Positions 1 to 9,047 of a stretch of DNA of 32,000 nucleotides are shown here, piece after piece. The translations under genes and the position numbers were made by a program. Source of the DNA: Breznakia sp. PF5-3 (GTDB taxonomy: Bacteria; Bacillota_I; Bacilli_A; Erysipelotrichales; Erysipelotrichaceae); the NCBI RefSeq assembly GCF_029504745.1, contig NZ_JAQFIQ010000021.1, positions 8,923 to 40,922 on the forward strand, in the 5' to 3' direction. Below the pieces are notes generated by a model. That model was given only the letters and a program-made list of their open reading frames with translations. It made no database searches and was not told the origin of the DNA. How positions within the stretch are numbered: position 1 is the first letter of the stretch; the number at the start of each line of letters is the position of its first letter.

Positions 1-21
1 GTTTGAAGAGAGGATCGTAAA

Positions 22-420
22 ATGAAAACAGTGATTACATATGGAACATATGATTTATTTCATGTAGGTCATTTAAATATGTTGAAAAGAGCAAAAGAAC
101 TAGGTGACTATTTGATTGTTGCTGTTTCTAGCGACCGGTTTAATAAAGAAGAAAAAGATAAAACATGTTATGTTAAAGATGTTGATCGTGCAGCAATAGT
201 AGAAGCAATTAAATATGTAGATAAAGTAATTTTTGAAGATTCTTGGGATCAAAAGGTTGAGGATGTTCAAAAATACAATGCGGATGTCTTTGTCATTGGA
301 GACGACTGGAAAGGAGAATTTGACTTTTTAGAAGAATACTGTGAAGTTGTATATTTACCTCGTACAGAGGGAGTAAGTACAACTCAGATAAAAGCAGAGC
401 TAAAAAATCAAGGGGAGTAA
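22..420 (+). CDS. tagD: Glycerol-3-phosphate cytidylyltransferase (CDP-glycerol synthesis for teichoic acid)
   Basis: 132-aa ORF with N-terminal GTYDLFHVGH (HxGH cytidylyltransferase motif). Size and sequence are typical of TagD/TarD. A purine-rich SD-like GAGAGGA lies upstream of ATG 22. Confidence 0.9.
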   Translation: MKTVITYGTYDLFHVGHLNMLKRAKELGDYLIVAVSSDRFNKEEKDKTCYVKDVDRAAIVEAIKYVDKVIFEDSWDQKVEDVQKYNADVFVIGDDWKGEFDFLEEYCEVVYLPRTEGVSTTQIKAELKNQGE

Positions 421-424
421 TACT

Positions 425-1657
425 TTGAGAATCATTAGGAGAACAAAAAGAAAAATACGGAAAACACTACGGAAAATAATGCGATTTATTAGACGGTGTG
501 TTACTAAAATTTCAAAAATCATTTATAAGAAAATAAATCCAAGAATTTCTGTAGATGATAAAACAATTATTTTTATTGCTTATCATGGGCGCGGATACGC
601 ATGTAATCCAAAATATTTGCATAAGTATATGATGAGTCAAGAACGATTTAAAGATTATAAGATGGTGTGGGCAGTAAAAAAATTTAAGATTACCAAAATC
701 GAAGGTGCTAAAATCGTTCGATATAATGGATTAAAATATTTCTATTATATGTCTAAAGCAAAATATTGGGTTATTAATTGTAAGATGCCAAAGCATATTG
801 TTAAAAAACCAGAACAAGTATATTTACAAACATGGCATGGAACACCATTGAAACGTTTGGCTCATGACATTCAAGTAAAAGAAGATACAACGTTCTATCG
901 TAGTGAAATGTCATTTGAACAAATGGCAAACACGTATGATAATGATGTTAAAAAATACAATTATATGATTTCACCAAATCATTTCAGTACGAAAGTATTT
1001 CAAAGTGCATTTCGTATTGATCGCAAACGTTTGATTGAAACAGGGTATCCAAGAAATGATTATCTGACAAATATTACGCAAGAAGAAATAGAAGTATTAA
1101 AAGAAAAATATCATATTCCTGAAGGAAAAAAAGTTATCTTATATGCTCCAACATGGCGAGATAATACCTATAATGCACGTGGATATACGTTTGAATTGCA
1201 GGCAGATTTTCATAAATGGATGGAAGTGCTTGGGGATGAATATGTAGTGTTATTTAAACCTCATTATCTTATTGTTAATAAATTCAAGCGAGATGAAGAA
1301 ATTCGCGAATTTGTGAAAAATGTGCGAGCTGGAAGAGATATCAATGAATTATATGTTATCGCAGATGTATTAATTACTGATTATTCTAGTGTTTTCTTTG
1401 ATTATGCGAATTTAAATCGTCCAATGTATTTCTACATGTTTGATTTGGATGCATATGCAGAAGAATTACGGGGATTCTATTTTGATATTTATAAAACTTT
1501 ACCTGGGGATATTATCAAGAATGAAGATGAACTTTTAATGAAAATTAAAAGTGGTAACTATGATTATAAACGACTTGCGAAGTTTAATGAAGAATTTAAT
1601 GATTTACAAGATGGACATTGTTGTGAAAAGGTTGTAAATATTATGTTTAATGATTAG
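425..1657 (+). CDS. CDP-glycerol glycerophosphotransferase family protein (TagF/TagB-like teichoic acid synthase)
   Basis: 410-aa ORF with family-typical motifs WHGTPLKRL, ILYAPTWRD and ITDYSSVFFDY. The TTG start at 425 sits 7 nt after GGGGAG (412-417) and 4 nt after the tagD stop. Confidence 0.8.
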   Translation: MRIIRRTKRKIRKTLRKIMRFIRRCVTKISKIIYKKINPRISVDDKTIIFIAYHGRGYACNPKYLHKYMMSQERFKDYKMVWAVKKFKITKIEGAKIVRYNGLKYFYYMSKAKYWVINCKMPKHIVKKPEQVYLQTWHGTPLKRLAHDIQVKEDTTFYRSEMSFEQMANTYDNDVKKYNYMISPNHFSTKVFQSAFRIDRKRLIETGYPRNDYLTNITQEEIEVLKEKYHIPEGKKVILYAPTWRDNTYNARGYTFELQADFHKWMEVLGDEYVVLFKPHYLIVNKFKRDEEIREFVKNVRAGRDINELYVIADVLITDYSSVFFDYANLNRPMYFYMFDLDAYAEELRGFYFDIYKTLPGDIIKNEDELLMKIKSGNYDYKRLAKFNEEFNDLQDGHCCEKVVNIMFND

Positions 1658-1671
1658 AAAGAGGTGTGGCT

Positions 1672-2790
1672 ATGAAACTTAGAAAGATGGTAATCTATTG
1701 TATTTTAAGTTTTTGTCGCCTCTTTTTAGTTTTTTATAAAATAAATCCTAAAAAGATAACCTTTATATCTCTGGAGAGTGAGGAACTAACTGGTGACTTT
1801 GCTTTATTAAGTAAAGCGTTAGAGCGCGAAGGAACATATGAATTAAATTATGTATTGGTTAAATTTGAAAAGACTTTGAGTGGAAATTTAAAATATTTAT
1901 TTGTTTGTATTAAACAATTATTTGAAATTAACACATCAAAATTGGTTATCTTAGATTATAACAATTATGTAGTTTCAAAGTTTAAACGAAAAAATGTAAA
2001 AGTTTTACAATTGTGGCATGCAACAGGTGCAATTAAGAAGTTTGGAAATGCAGTAAATCGGGATTATCTTATTTCAAATTATGATTATGTGATTAGTAAT
2101 TGTGATTATTTTGTAGAACCTTTTAGTGAAGCTTTTAATGTAAGACCAGAACAAGTAAGAGTGACCGGTATACCTAAGACAGATCGTTTGTTTGATCGAA
2201 AGCGAATTCGTAAAGATGTTCGCAGAATGCAAAATCGTTTTCCTCAAATTATAGGAAAAAAAGTTATCCTTTATGCACCTACATTTAGAGGTCGGTTAAT
2301 GAAAGGGTTTCAAGATGGATATATTAATTTAGATAAAATTCAAGAAAACCTTGGCGATGATTATGTTTTACTTTATAAGATGCATCCATTATTGGAAGAT
2401 AAAATAATATCAGAGAACAAAGAAATTATATGTTGTAATGGAATGAGTATCAAACAATTATTCTCAGTTACAGATATCTTGATTTCTGATTATTCTGCCA
2501 TTATTTTAGATTTCTCAGTATTTGTTAAACCTATGTTATTCTATGTTCCTGATTTAGAGGAATATCGTCATGAAGTAGGCTTGTATGTAGATTATGAAAA
2601 AGAAATGCCAGGACCAATCTGCAAAAATGAAACAGAGGTTATTGAGACAATTGTAAAAAATAAGTTTGATATGGGTGATATACAAAGGTTTAAAGATAGG
2701 TTCTTTAAATATCAAGATGGGAAATCATTAACAAGAGTAATGAAATTAATAAATGAAATCATGGGTGGTGAGAAGTATGAAAAGAATTAG
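1672..2790 (+). CDS. CDP-glycerol glycerophosphotransferase family protein (second TagF/TagB-like paralog)
   Basis: Motifs WHATGAIKKFG, ILYAPTFRG and ISDYSAIILDF. ATG 1672 is preferred over the track's GTG 1666 because GAGG (1661-1664) lies 7 nt upstream of it. Confidence 0.75.
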   Translation: MKLRKMVIYCILSFCRLFLVFYKINPKKITFISLESEELTGDFALLSKALEREGTYELNYVLVKFEKTLSGNLKYLFVCIKQLFEINTSKLVILDYNNYVVSKFKRKNVKVLQLWHATGAIKKFGNAVNRDYLISNYDYVISNCDYFVEPFSEAFNVRPEQVRVTGIPKTDRLFDRKRIRKDVRRMQNRFPQIIGKKVILYAPTFRGRLMKGFQDGYINLDKIQENLGDDYVLLYKMHPLLEDKIISENKEIICCNGMSIKQLFSVTDILISDYSAIILDFSVFVKPMLFYVPDLEEYRHEVGLYVDYEKEMPGPICKNETEVIETIVKNKFDMGDIQRFKDRFFKYQDGKSLTRVMKLINEIMGGEKYEKN

Positions 2791-3241
2791 AAATGTGATT
2801 TTATCAATACTTGTAGTTTGTATCACTAGTGGTTGCTTCCTATTAGAAAATGAAAATTTAATGGTTTGTGAATATCAACCATTAAAGGATTATTTAGATT
2901 ATGAAGTATATTATTCGGATGATGAGATTACAAAGGTTAAAATTATTACGGTTATGAACTATAAAGATTTATCAAAAAAAGAATTAGAAGAAAAAAAAGA
3001 TGATTGGAAAAAAATCATCAAAAGTTATAATGAAGAAGATGGGATAGATGCCGAAATACAAGTAGATTTGGCAATCATTACAACGACAGTACAAGTCAAT
3101 ATTGATAAATACGATGCAATTAAGGATCCACTGCAAGTATTTAATTTAACATTTGAAGAAAAGGATTTTGAATCTGTTGAATCTTTTAGAAAAAAAGTAC
3201 AAGATAATTACTTTAAATGTGATCAACTTGTAGAAAATTAA
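2777..3241 (+). CDS. Putative lipoprotein, function unknown
   Basis: From ATG 2777 the product starts MKRIRNVILSILVVCITSGC: basic n-region, hydrophobic core and a lipobox-like ITSGC. The remainder is hydrophilic and Lys/Glu-rich. It overlaps the upstream gene by 14 nt. The track start at 2753 is less likely. Confidence 0.55.
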   Translation: MKRIRNVILSILVVCITSGCFLLENENLMVCEYQPLKDYLDYEVYYSDDEITKVKIITVMNYKDLSKKELEEKKDDWKKIIKSYNEEDGIDAEIQVDLAIITTTVQVNIDKYDAIKDPLQVFNLTFEEKDFESVESFRKKVQDNYFKCDQLVEN

Positions 3242-3245
3242 AGAA

Positions 3246-3417
3246 AAAAAGAAAAGAAGCACATAATTATGAGGAGCGCTTCTTTTCTTTTTGTGTGTGT
3301 TTATAAGGGGATAGAAATGTATGTAATAGGGATAACATACATGCAAGGTAACTACCTTGCACTATTACTATATAAAATTGAAACCTTTCAATTATCTTAG
3401 CTTTTTGTGAAAGTATG
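3246..3417. repeat. Copy 1 of a duplicated ~170-nt intergenic module (terminator plus two conserved hairpins plus optional 27-codon sORF)
   Basis: Aligns with 8806-8974. 72 nt are identical (3279-3350 = 8836-8907), followed by 2 substitutions and then 21 identical nt. Hairpins: ATGTATGT-N10-ACATACAT and GCAAGGT-N4-ACCTTGC. An sORF at 3317-3400 (+) is preceded by AAGGGGA. Confidence 0.85.
3251..3292. terminator. Rho-independent terminator after the lipoprotein gene, bidirectional in appearance
   Basis: Stem GAAAAGAAGC (3251-3260) pairs with GCTTCTTTTC (3278-3287). It is followed by TTTTT on the + strand and preceded by an A-run (a T-run on the - strand). Confidence 0.75.
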
Positions 3418-3543
3418 GGAAATGAAATTTTTAATTATGAAAAAAGTATGAAAGAAAATGGAAATCATAAAAAGTTTACAGTGCAAGTCAGTAGAAGGCA
3501 CATATATACTTTAGTATACTTGATATAAGAATGGAGTATGGAT

Positions 3544-6063
3544 ATGAAAATAAAAAAGCGAGATAATACATTACAAGATTATAATAAAGAAAAAATTATG
3601 AAAGCGATTAAAGCAGCATTTGCAAGTCAGAATAATGATATTGATGAAACGGTGCTAATAGAAATTGTAAAGTCAATTGAAGATATTCTTATGAATGATA
3701 GAACTTTGCACAATGTAGAACACATTCAGGATTTAGTAGAAGAGAAGTTAATGGAGCATCAGTTTTATAAAGAAGCCAAAGCATATATTTTATATCGCCA
3801 AAAGCATACGGAAGAGCGTGAACTATTAGTAAAATTTGAAGCGATTGTGAAAGATGAACAATTGATAGAAGTAATGAGAAAAATACAGCGAGATTTTGGA
3901 GATGAAGTGTATTCTTTGGAACTTTTGTATCAAAAATTTCAATCTTTTATTAAAGTGGATATGAGTAAAGATGAACAATTGGAAATGTTGATGAAAGCCA
4001 GTGCTGAATTGATTAGTAAGCAAGCACCAAAATGGGAATTTATTGCAGCACGGTTTTTAACTTATCAATTAAATGCACAAATTGACTCACAAATGATGAA
4101 ATTGAATATTCATAGTTTTGCTGAAAAGATAGCATATCTTGAAAGTGAAGGGTACTATGGAAAGTATATAAGAGAAGCATATCAAGATGATGAGATAGCT
4201 GAATTGGAAACTTATATGAAAGAAGAACGTAATTATTTATTTACATATAGTGGTTTAGAACTTGTTGTGAAACGTTATCTTATTCAAAATAATGATCATG
4301 ATGTGCTTGAGAAAGTACAAGAGATGTTTATGGGGATCGCTATGCATTTAGCAATTCCCGAGAAAGAAAAGAAGGTATCGTGGGCGAAAGAAATTTATGA
4401 CATTCTTAGTACTTTAAAAGTAACGATGGCAACACCAACAATGTCAAATGCTAGAAAGCCTTATCACCAATTGTCTTCTTGCTTTATTGATACAGTGGGA
4501 GATTCTTTAACGAATATCTATAAGAGTATAGATAACTTTGCACAAGTATCAAAGTTTGGTGGTGGTATGGGATTGTACTTTGGAAAAGTGCGAGCAATTG
4601 GTTCTGATATCCGAGGCTTCAAAGGAGCCGCTGGAGGGGTTATTCGTTGGATTAAGTTAGTGAATGACACAGCAACAGCTGTTGATCAACTAGGAATGCG
4701 CCAAGGTGCTGTAGCTGTATATTTGGATGCATGGCATAAAGATTTACCAGAGTTTTTATCATTACGCACAAACAACGGAGACGATCGTATGAAAGCGCAT
4801 GATGTATTTCCAGCGGTTTGTTATCCTGATTTGTTTTGGAAGCTAGCAAAAGAAAATATTGATGCTGAATGGTCATTGATGTGTCCTCATGAAATTTTGA
4901 AAGTAAAAGGCTATGCATTAGAAGATTCTTTTGGCAAAGAGTGGGAAGAAAAGTACTGGGATTGTGTACAAGATATAAGAATTTCAAAAAGAGTAATGAA
5001 GGTTAAAGATTTGATTCGTTTAATTTTAAAGTCTGCAGTTGAAACAGGAACACCTTTTACCTTTAATCGTGACCATGTAAATGCTATGAATCCCAATCCT
5101 CATCAAGGAATGATTTATTGTAGCAATTTATGTACAGAAATTGCACAAAATATGCATGAAATTGAAATGCTTCCTAAAGAGATTATCAAGGTAGATGATG
5201 AAGAAATCATTGTAGAGAAAAGTAAGCCTGGGGATTTTGTAGTTTGTAATCTAGCATCATTAATTTTAGGTAATATTGATGTTGAAAATCAAACAGAATT
5301 AAAGCATACAATTGATGTAGTAGTAAGAGCACTTGATAATGTAATTGATTTAAATTATTATCCAGTCCCATATGCTGAGGTAACCAATCAAAAATATCGT
5401 TCAATTGGATTGGGAACGAGTGGGTATCATCACATGTTGAGTAAACATGGGATTGCATTTGAATCAGAAGAACATTTAACCTTTGTTGATAAAGTATATG
5501 ATGATATCAACTATTATACAATTCATGCTAGTATGGAATTAGCAAAAGAAAAAGACTACTATTCGTTATTTAAGGGTAGTGATTGGGATAATGGTGCATA
5601 TTTTGATAAACGAAATTATACAAGTGAAAGATGGACAGAATTAAGAGCTGATGTAAAACAATATGGAATTCGTAATGCATATCTTATGGCTATTGCTCCT
5701 ACAAGTTCTACGTCTATTATTGCGGGAACAACAGCTGCGGTAGATCCAATTATGAATAAATACTTTTTAGAAGAAAAGAAAGGTAGCATGATTGCTAGAG
5801 TTGCACCAGATCTTGATGGTAAAACATATTGGTTATATAAAAATGCTCATCAGATTGACCAACGATGGGTAATTGATGCGGCAGGAATTCGTCAACGTCA
5901 TATCGATCAAGCACAATCTGTGAATTTATATGTTACTAATGAGTATCGAATGTCAGAGCTTTTAAATCTATATATTAGAGCATGGGAACGTGGTGTGAAG
6001 ACAATTTATTATGTTAGAAGTAAAGCATTAGAAGTAGAAGAATGTGAATCATGTGCATCATAA
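3544..6063 (+). CDS. nrdA: Ribonucleoside-diphosphate reductase, class I alpha subunit with N-terminal ATP-cone
   Basis: N-terminal ATP-cone-like segment (KRDNTLQDYNKEKIMKAIKAAF ... AYILYRQKH). Catalytic signatures SSCFI, CSNLCTEI, GLGTSGYH and APTSSTS, plus C-terminal redox-shuttle cysteines CESCAS. ATG 3544 is preferred because GGAG (3533-3536) lies 7 nt upstream; the track's ATG 3538 is only 1 nt from it. Confidence 0.9.
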   Translation: MKIKKRDNTLQDYNKEKIMKAIKAAFASQNNDIDETVLIEIVKSIEDILMNDRTLHNVEHIQDLVEEKLMEHQFYKEAKAYILYRQKHTEERELLVKFEAIVKDEQLIEVMRKIQRDFGDEVYSLELLYQKFQSFIKVDMSKDEQLEMLMKASAELISKQAPKWEFIAARFLTYQLNAQIDSQMMKLNIHSFAEKIAYLESEGYYGKYIREAYQDDEIAELETYMKEERNYLFTYSGLELVVKRYLIQNNDHDVLEKVQEMFMGIAMHLAIPEKEKKVSWAKEIYDILSTLKVTMATPTMSNARKPYHQLSSCFIDTVGDSLTNIYKSIDNFAQVSKFGGGMGLYFGKVRAIGSDIRGFKGAAGGVIRWIKLVNDTATAVDQLGMRQGAVAVYLDAWHKDLPEFLSLRTNNGDDRMKAHDVFPAVCYPDLFWKLAKENIDAEWSLMCPHEILKVKGYALEDSFGKEWEEKYWDCVQDIRISKRVMKVKDLIRLILKSAVETGTPFTFNRDHVNAMNPNPHQGMIYCSNLCTEIAQNMHEIEMLPKEIIKVDDEEIIVEKSKPGDFVVCNLASLILGNIDVENQTELKHTIDVVVRALDNVIDLNYYPVPYAEVTNQKYRSIGLGTSGYHHMLSKHGIAFESEEHLTFVDKVYDDINYYTIHASMELAKEKDYYSLFKGSDWDNGAYFDKRNYTSERWTELRADVKQYGIRNAYLMAIAPTSSTSIIAGTTAAVDPIMNKYFLEEKKGSMIARVAPDLDGKTYWLYKNAHQIDQRWVIDAAGIRQRHIDQAQSVNLYVTNEYRMSELLNLYIRAWERGVKTIYYVRSKALEVEECESCAS

Positions 6064-6076
6064 TAGGAGGAAAACA

Positions 6077-7120
6077 ATGAGCGACTTACACAAGAAGGCA
6101 TTATTTAATGAGAATGGAGATAGCAATGTCTTACATCGAAGAATGATCAATGGTAATACTACCAATTTAAATGATTTTAATAATATGAAATATACATGGG
6201 TATCAAATTGGTATCGCCAAGCAATGAATAATTTTTGGGTACCAGAAGAAATTAATATGAATCAGGATATTAAAGATTATCGAAATCTTAATGAAGCGGA
6301 AAGGACAGCATATGATAAAACGCTCTCATTCTTGATTTTCTTGGATAGCATTCAAACCGCGAATTTACCAAACGTGGCTGAATATGTTACAGCAAATGAA
6401 GTAAATTTGTGTTTAACAATACAAGCCTTTCAAGAAGCTGTTCATTCACAAAGCTATAGTTATATGTTAGATACGATTTGTTCTCCAGAAGAACGTAGCG
6501 ATATCTTGTATCAATGGAAAAACGATGAACATTTGCTATCGCGAAATAAATTTATTGGGGATCTTTATAATGATTTTCAACTTCATAAAGATCGCTTTCA
6601 TTTAATGAAAACAATAATTGCAAATTATATTTTGGAAGGCATTTATTTTTATTCAGGATTTATGTTTTTCTATAATCTTGGAAGAATGGGAAAGATGCCT
6701 GGATCAGTGCAGGAAATTCGTTATATTAATCGGGATGAAAATACACATTTATGGTTATTTAGATCAATTATTTTAGAATTGAAGAAAGAAGAACCAGATT
6801 TATTCACTGATGAAAAAGTTGAATATTACAAAGATATGATGCGTGAAGGTGTCGAGCAAGAAATCAAATGGGGAAAATATGTTATAGGTGATAAGATTGA
6901 AGGATTAACCATGCAAATGGTTGAAGATTATATTCGCTACCTTGGTAATTTAAGGAGTACGGGTTTAGAGTTTGGTCCTTTATATGAAGGTTATGAAAAT
7001 GAACCTTCTTCTATGGAATGGGTAAGTATGTATGCGAATGCAAATCTAATCAAAACCGATTTCTTTGAAGCAAAATCGAGTGCATATGCAAAATCAAGTG
7101 CTTTGGAGGATGATCTATAA
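6077..7120 (+). CDS. nrdB: Ribonucleoside-diphosphate reductase, class I beta subunit
   Basis: Di-metal and radical-site motifs FLDS, QEAVHSQSYSYM, EGIYFYSGF and RDENTHL, with an acidic C-terminal tail ALEDDL. ATG 6077 is preceded by AGGAGG (6065-6070). The track start at 6044 overlaps the end of nrdA and lacks an SD. Confidence 0.9.
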   Translation: MSDLHKKALFNENGDSNVLHRRMINGNTTNLNDFNNMKYTWVSNWYRQAMNNFWVPEEINMNQDIKDYRNLNEAERTAYDKTLSFLIFLDSIQTANLPNVAEYVTANEVNLCLTIQAFQEAVHSQSYSYMLDTICSPEERSDILYQWKNDEHLLSRNKFIGDLYNDFQLHKDRFHLMKTIIANYILEGIYFYSGFMFFYNLGRMGKMPGSVQEIRYINRDENTHLWLFRSIILELKKEEPDLFTDEKVEYYKDMMREGVEQEIKWGKYVIGDKIEGLTMQMVEDYIRYLGNLRSTGLEFGPLYEGYENEPSSMEWVSMYANANLIKTDFFEAKSSAYAKSSALEDDL

Positions 7121-7126
7121 GAAAAG

Positions 7127-7159
7127 AACATTGTTACAGATACTGTAGCAATGTTTTTA
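7127..7159 (+). terminator. Rho-independent terminator of nrdAB
   Basis: Long hairpin AACATTG-t-TACAG-ata-CTGTA-g-CAATGTT followed by TTTTT. Confidence 0.7.
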
Positions 7160-7167
7160 GTCTTATA

Positions 7168-7176
7168 TGGTATAAT
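7168..7176 (+). promoter_or_regulatory. Extended -10 promoter (TGgTATAAT) for mutY; the predicted TSS coincides with the start codon
   Basis: TG at 7168-7169 and TATAAT at 7171-7176. ATG 7183 begins 7 nt after the hexamer and there is no SD between them. Confidence 0.5.
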
Positions 7177-7182
7177 TTTAAT

Positions 7183-8247
7183 ATGCGACATAATAAGGAA
7201 ACATTTACAGAAAATTTATTACAATGGTATGATGAGAATGCTCGAATATTGCCTTGGCGTAGTGAACCAACGCCTTATCGTGTATGGGTTAGTGAAATCA
7301 TGTTACAGCAGACAAGAGTAGAAGCTGTGAGGCCATATTTTGAAAGGTTTATGAAAGCATTTCCTTCACTTTATGACTTAGCAGAGGCAACAGATGAGAA
7401 GTTGCATAAGATGTGGGAAGGTTTGGGATACTATAATCGAGTGAAAAATATGAAGAAGTGTGCCATTGTTTGTGTTGAACAATATGATGGTAAATTACCA
7501 AGCGATTATGAGATGCTATTAACGCTTCCAGGGATTGGAAGCTATACTGCAGGTGCCATTGCGTCTATTGCTTTTAAACAGCCTGTAGCGGCTGTAGATG
7601 GGAATGTATTGCGGGTTTTCTCAAGAGTTCTTGTAAGTGAAGATGATATTTTAAAAGAAGCAACTAAAAAGAAGTTTCAAACTATTATAAAATCTTACAT
7701 TCCAAAAAATCATGCAGATGCATTTAATCAAGCGTTAATGGAAATTGGAGCACTCATCTGTGTGCCAAATGCAGCACCACGATGTAATATATGTCCTCTT
7801 GCAAAGGATTGCCTAGGGTATCAAAGTGGAAAAGCTCCACATCTTCCTAACAAAAGCCCTAAGAAAAGACGTAGAATTGAAAAAAGAAGTGTTTTTGTAT
7901 TTGTTTATAAAAATAAATTACAAATTCAAAAACGCGAAGATAAAGGTTTGCTAGCAGGATTATATGAATTTCCAAACATTAATCAACACTACACTAAAAA
8001 AGCATTAGAAGAATATGTAGTAGAAAACTATCCTATGGAAAAAATAATACCTTTAACGAAAGCTAAACATATTTTTTCACATATCGAGTGGCATATGAAA
8101 GGGTATTTGATAGTATTAGAAAAACCAAATAAAGGTTTATTTATTACAATAGATGAATTGGAAACAATGTATGCATTACCAACAGCATTTAAAGTTTATT
8201 GTGAAGCAGTGATACAATATTTGGAGGATAAAAATGAAACAGATTGA
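7183..8247 (+). CDS. mutY: A/G-specific adenine DNA glycosylase
   Basis: N-terminus LLQWYDENARILPWR, HhH-GPD motif LPGIGSYTAGAIASIAF, Fe-S cluster loop CVPNAAPRCNICPLAKDC, and a C-terminal NUDIX-like domain. Confidence 0.9.
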   Translation: MRHNKETFTENLLQWYDENARILPWRSEPTPYRVWVSEIMLQQTRVEAVRPYFERFMKAFPSLYDLAEATDEKLHKMWEGLGYYNRVKNMKKCAIVCVEQYDGKLPSDYEMLLTLPGIGSYTAGAIASIAFKQPVAAVDGNVLRVFSRVLVSEDDILKEATKKKFQTIIKSYIPKNHADAFNQALMEIGALICVPNAAPRCNICPLAKDCLGYQSGKAPHLPNKSPKKRRRIEKRSVFVFVYKNKLQIQKREDKGLLAGLYEFPNINQHYTKKALEEYVVENYPMEKIIPLTKAKHIFSHIEWHMKGYLIVLEKPNKGLFITIDELETMYALPTAFKVYCEAVIQYLEDKNETD

Positions 8248-8824
8248 TAATATTATAAAAGCTATAGTAGACTATCAGCCCTTTAATGAACAAGAGCAAA
8301 AAGATAAAAATTATTTTTTGGATAAGCTACAATATGAAAAGGATTTACTCACTAGGACAAATGAGAACTTTCATCTAAGTGCTTCTGCTTGGGTTGTAAA
8401 CCAAAATTTTGATAAAGTATTAATGGTCTATCATAACATTTATCAAAGTTATTCTTGGAGTGGGGGACATGTAGATGGATGTAGTGATTTAATTCATGTT
8501 GCTAGTAAGGAATTAGAAGAAGAAACGGGTATTCAAAAGTATTCTTTATTAAGCGAGGATCTTTTTGCATTCGATATTCTTGATGTGAAAAAACATAAAA
8601 AACATGGAAAGCTTATCAAAGAGCATATGCATATTAATTTTACATATTTATTTCAAGCAGATGATAAACAAGATTTAATAATAAAGCCAGATGAAAATAG
8701 TGATGTTTGTTGGATTTCAATTCGCGAGCTAAATGATAAAGTAGAAGAAGCCTATATGTTAGATTGTTACAATAAACTTATTGAAAAAGCAAAGTTGTAT
8801 AAAACAAAAAGAAAAGAAGTATAA
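8234..8824 (+). CDS. NUDIX hydrolase (MutT-like family; substrate unknown)
   Basis: Nudix box GGHVDGCSDLIHVASKELEEETGI. GGAGG lies 6 nt upstream of the ATG. The gene overlaps mutY by 14 nt. Confidence 0.8.
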   Translation: MKQIDNIIKAIVDYQPFNEQEQKDKNYFLDKLQYEKDLLTRTNENFHLSASAWVVNQNFDKVLMVYHNIYQSYSWSGGHVDGCSDLIHVASKELEEETGIQKYSLLSEDLFAFDILDVKKHKKHGKLIKEHMHINFTYLFQADDKQDLIIKPDENSDVCWISIRELNDKVEEAYMLDCYNKLIEKAKLYKTKRKEV

Positions 8825-8974
8825 ATATTATGATACTTCTTTTCTTTTTGTGTGTGTTTATAAGGGGATAGAAATGTATGTAATAGGGATAACATACATG
8901 CAAGGTAGTTACCTTGCACTATTACTATATGAAATCTAATTCATTCAATTATCATAGTTTTTTGTGAAACTATG
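8806..8974. repeat. Copy 2 of the duplicated ~170-nt intergenic module
   Basis: See copy 1. Here the 5' arm of the terminator is formed by the last codons of the NUDIX gene. The sORF at 8874-8939 (+) has 21 codons. Confidence 0.85.
8811..8849. terminator. Rho-independent terminator after the NUDIX gene, bidirectional in appearance
   Basis: Stem GAAAAGAAGTA pairs with TACTTCTTTTC, followed by TTTTT. The stem differs from copy 1 by compensatory changes (GC pair changed to TA pairs). Confidence 0.75.
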
Positions 8975-8994
8975 TGAGCATCGATATTTGGAAC

Positions 8995-9023
8995 TTGTAA
9001 GATTATAAATTAACCGATATAAT
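8995..9023 (+). promoter_or_regulatory. SigA-type promoter of the DegV gene
   Basis: TTGTAA (8995-9000), a 17-nt spacer, then TATAAT (9018-9023). It lies 25 nt upstream of ATG 9048, with SD AAGGGAG in between. Confidence 0.6.
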
Positions 9024-9047
9024 ATATGTCATATAAGGGAGATAAAA

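Noticed and set aside
3360-3514. Possible NrdR boxes upstream of nrdA (CACTATTACTATATAA at ~3360; CACATATATACTTTAG at ~3499)
   Set aside because: Each only loosely resembles the 16-bp NrdR palindrome (acaCwAtATaTwGtgt), and neither is a good palindrome. They are about 140 bp apart rather than in the usual tandem ~31-bp arrangement. The first one is part of the duplicated module that also occurs upstream of the unrelated DegV gene.
3146-7191. Track ORFs 3146-3346(-), 3826-4023(-), 4652-4987(-), 4911-5096(-), 5207-5458(-) and 6991-7191(-)
   Set aside because: All are antisense to well-supported genes (lipoprotein/terminator, nrdA, nrdB). None has a ribosome-binding site, and their composition is typical of AT-rich antisense frames.
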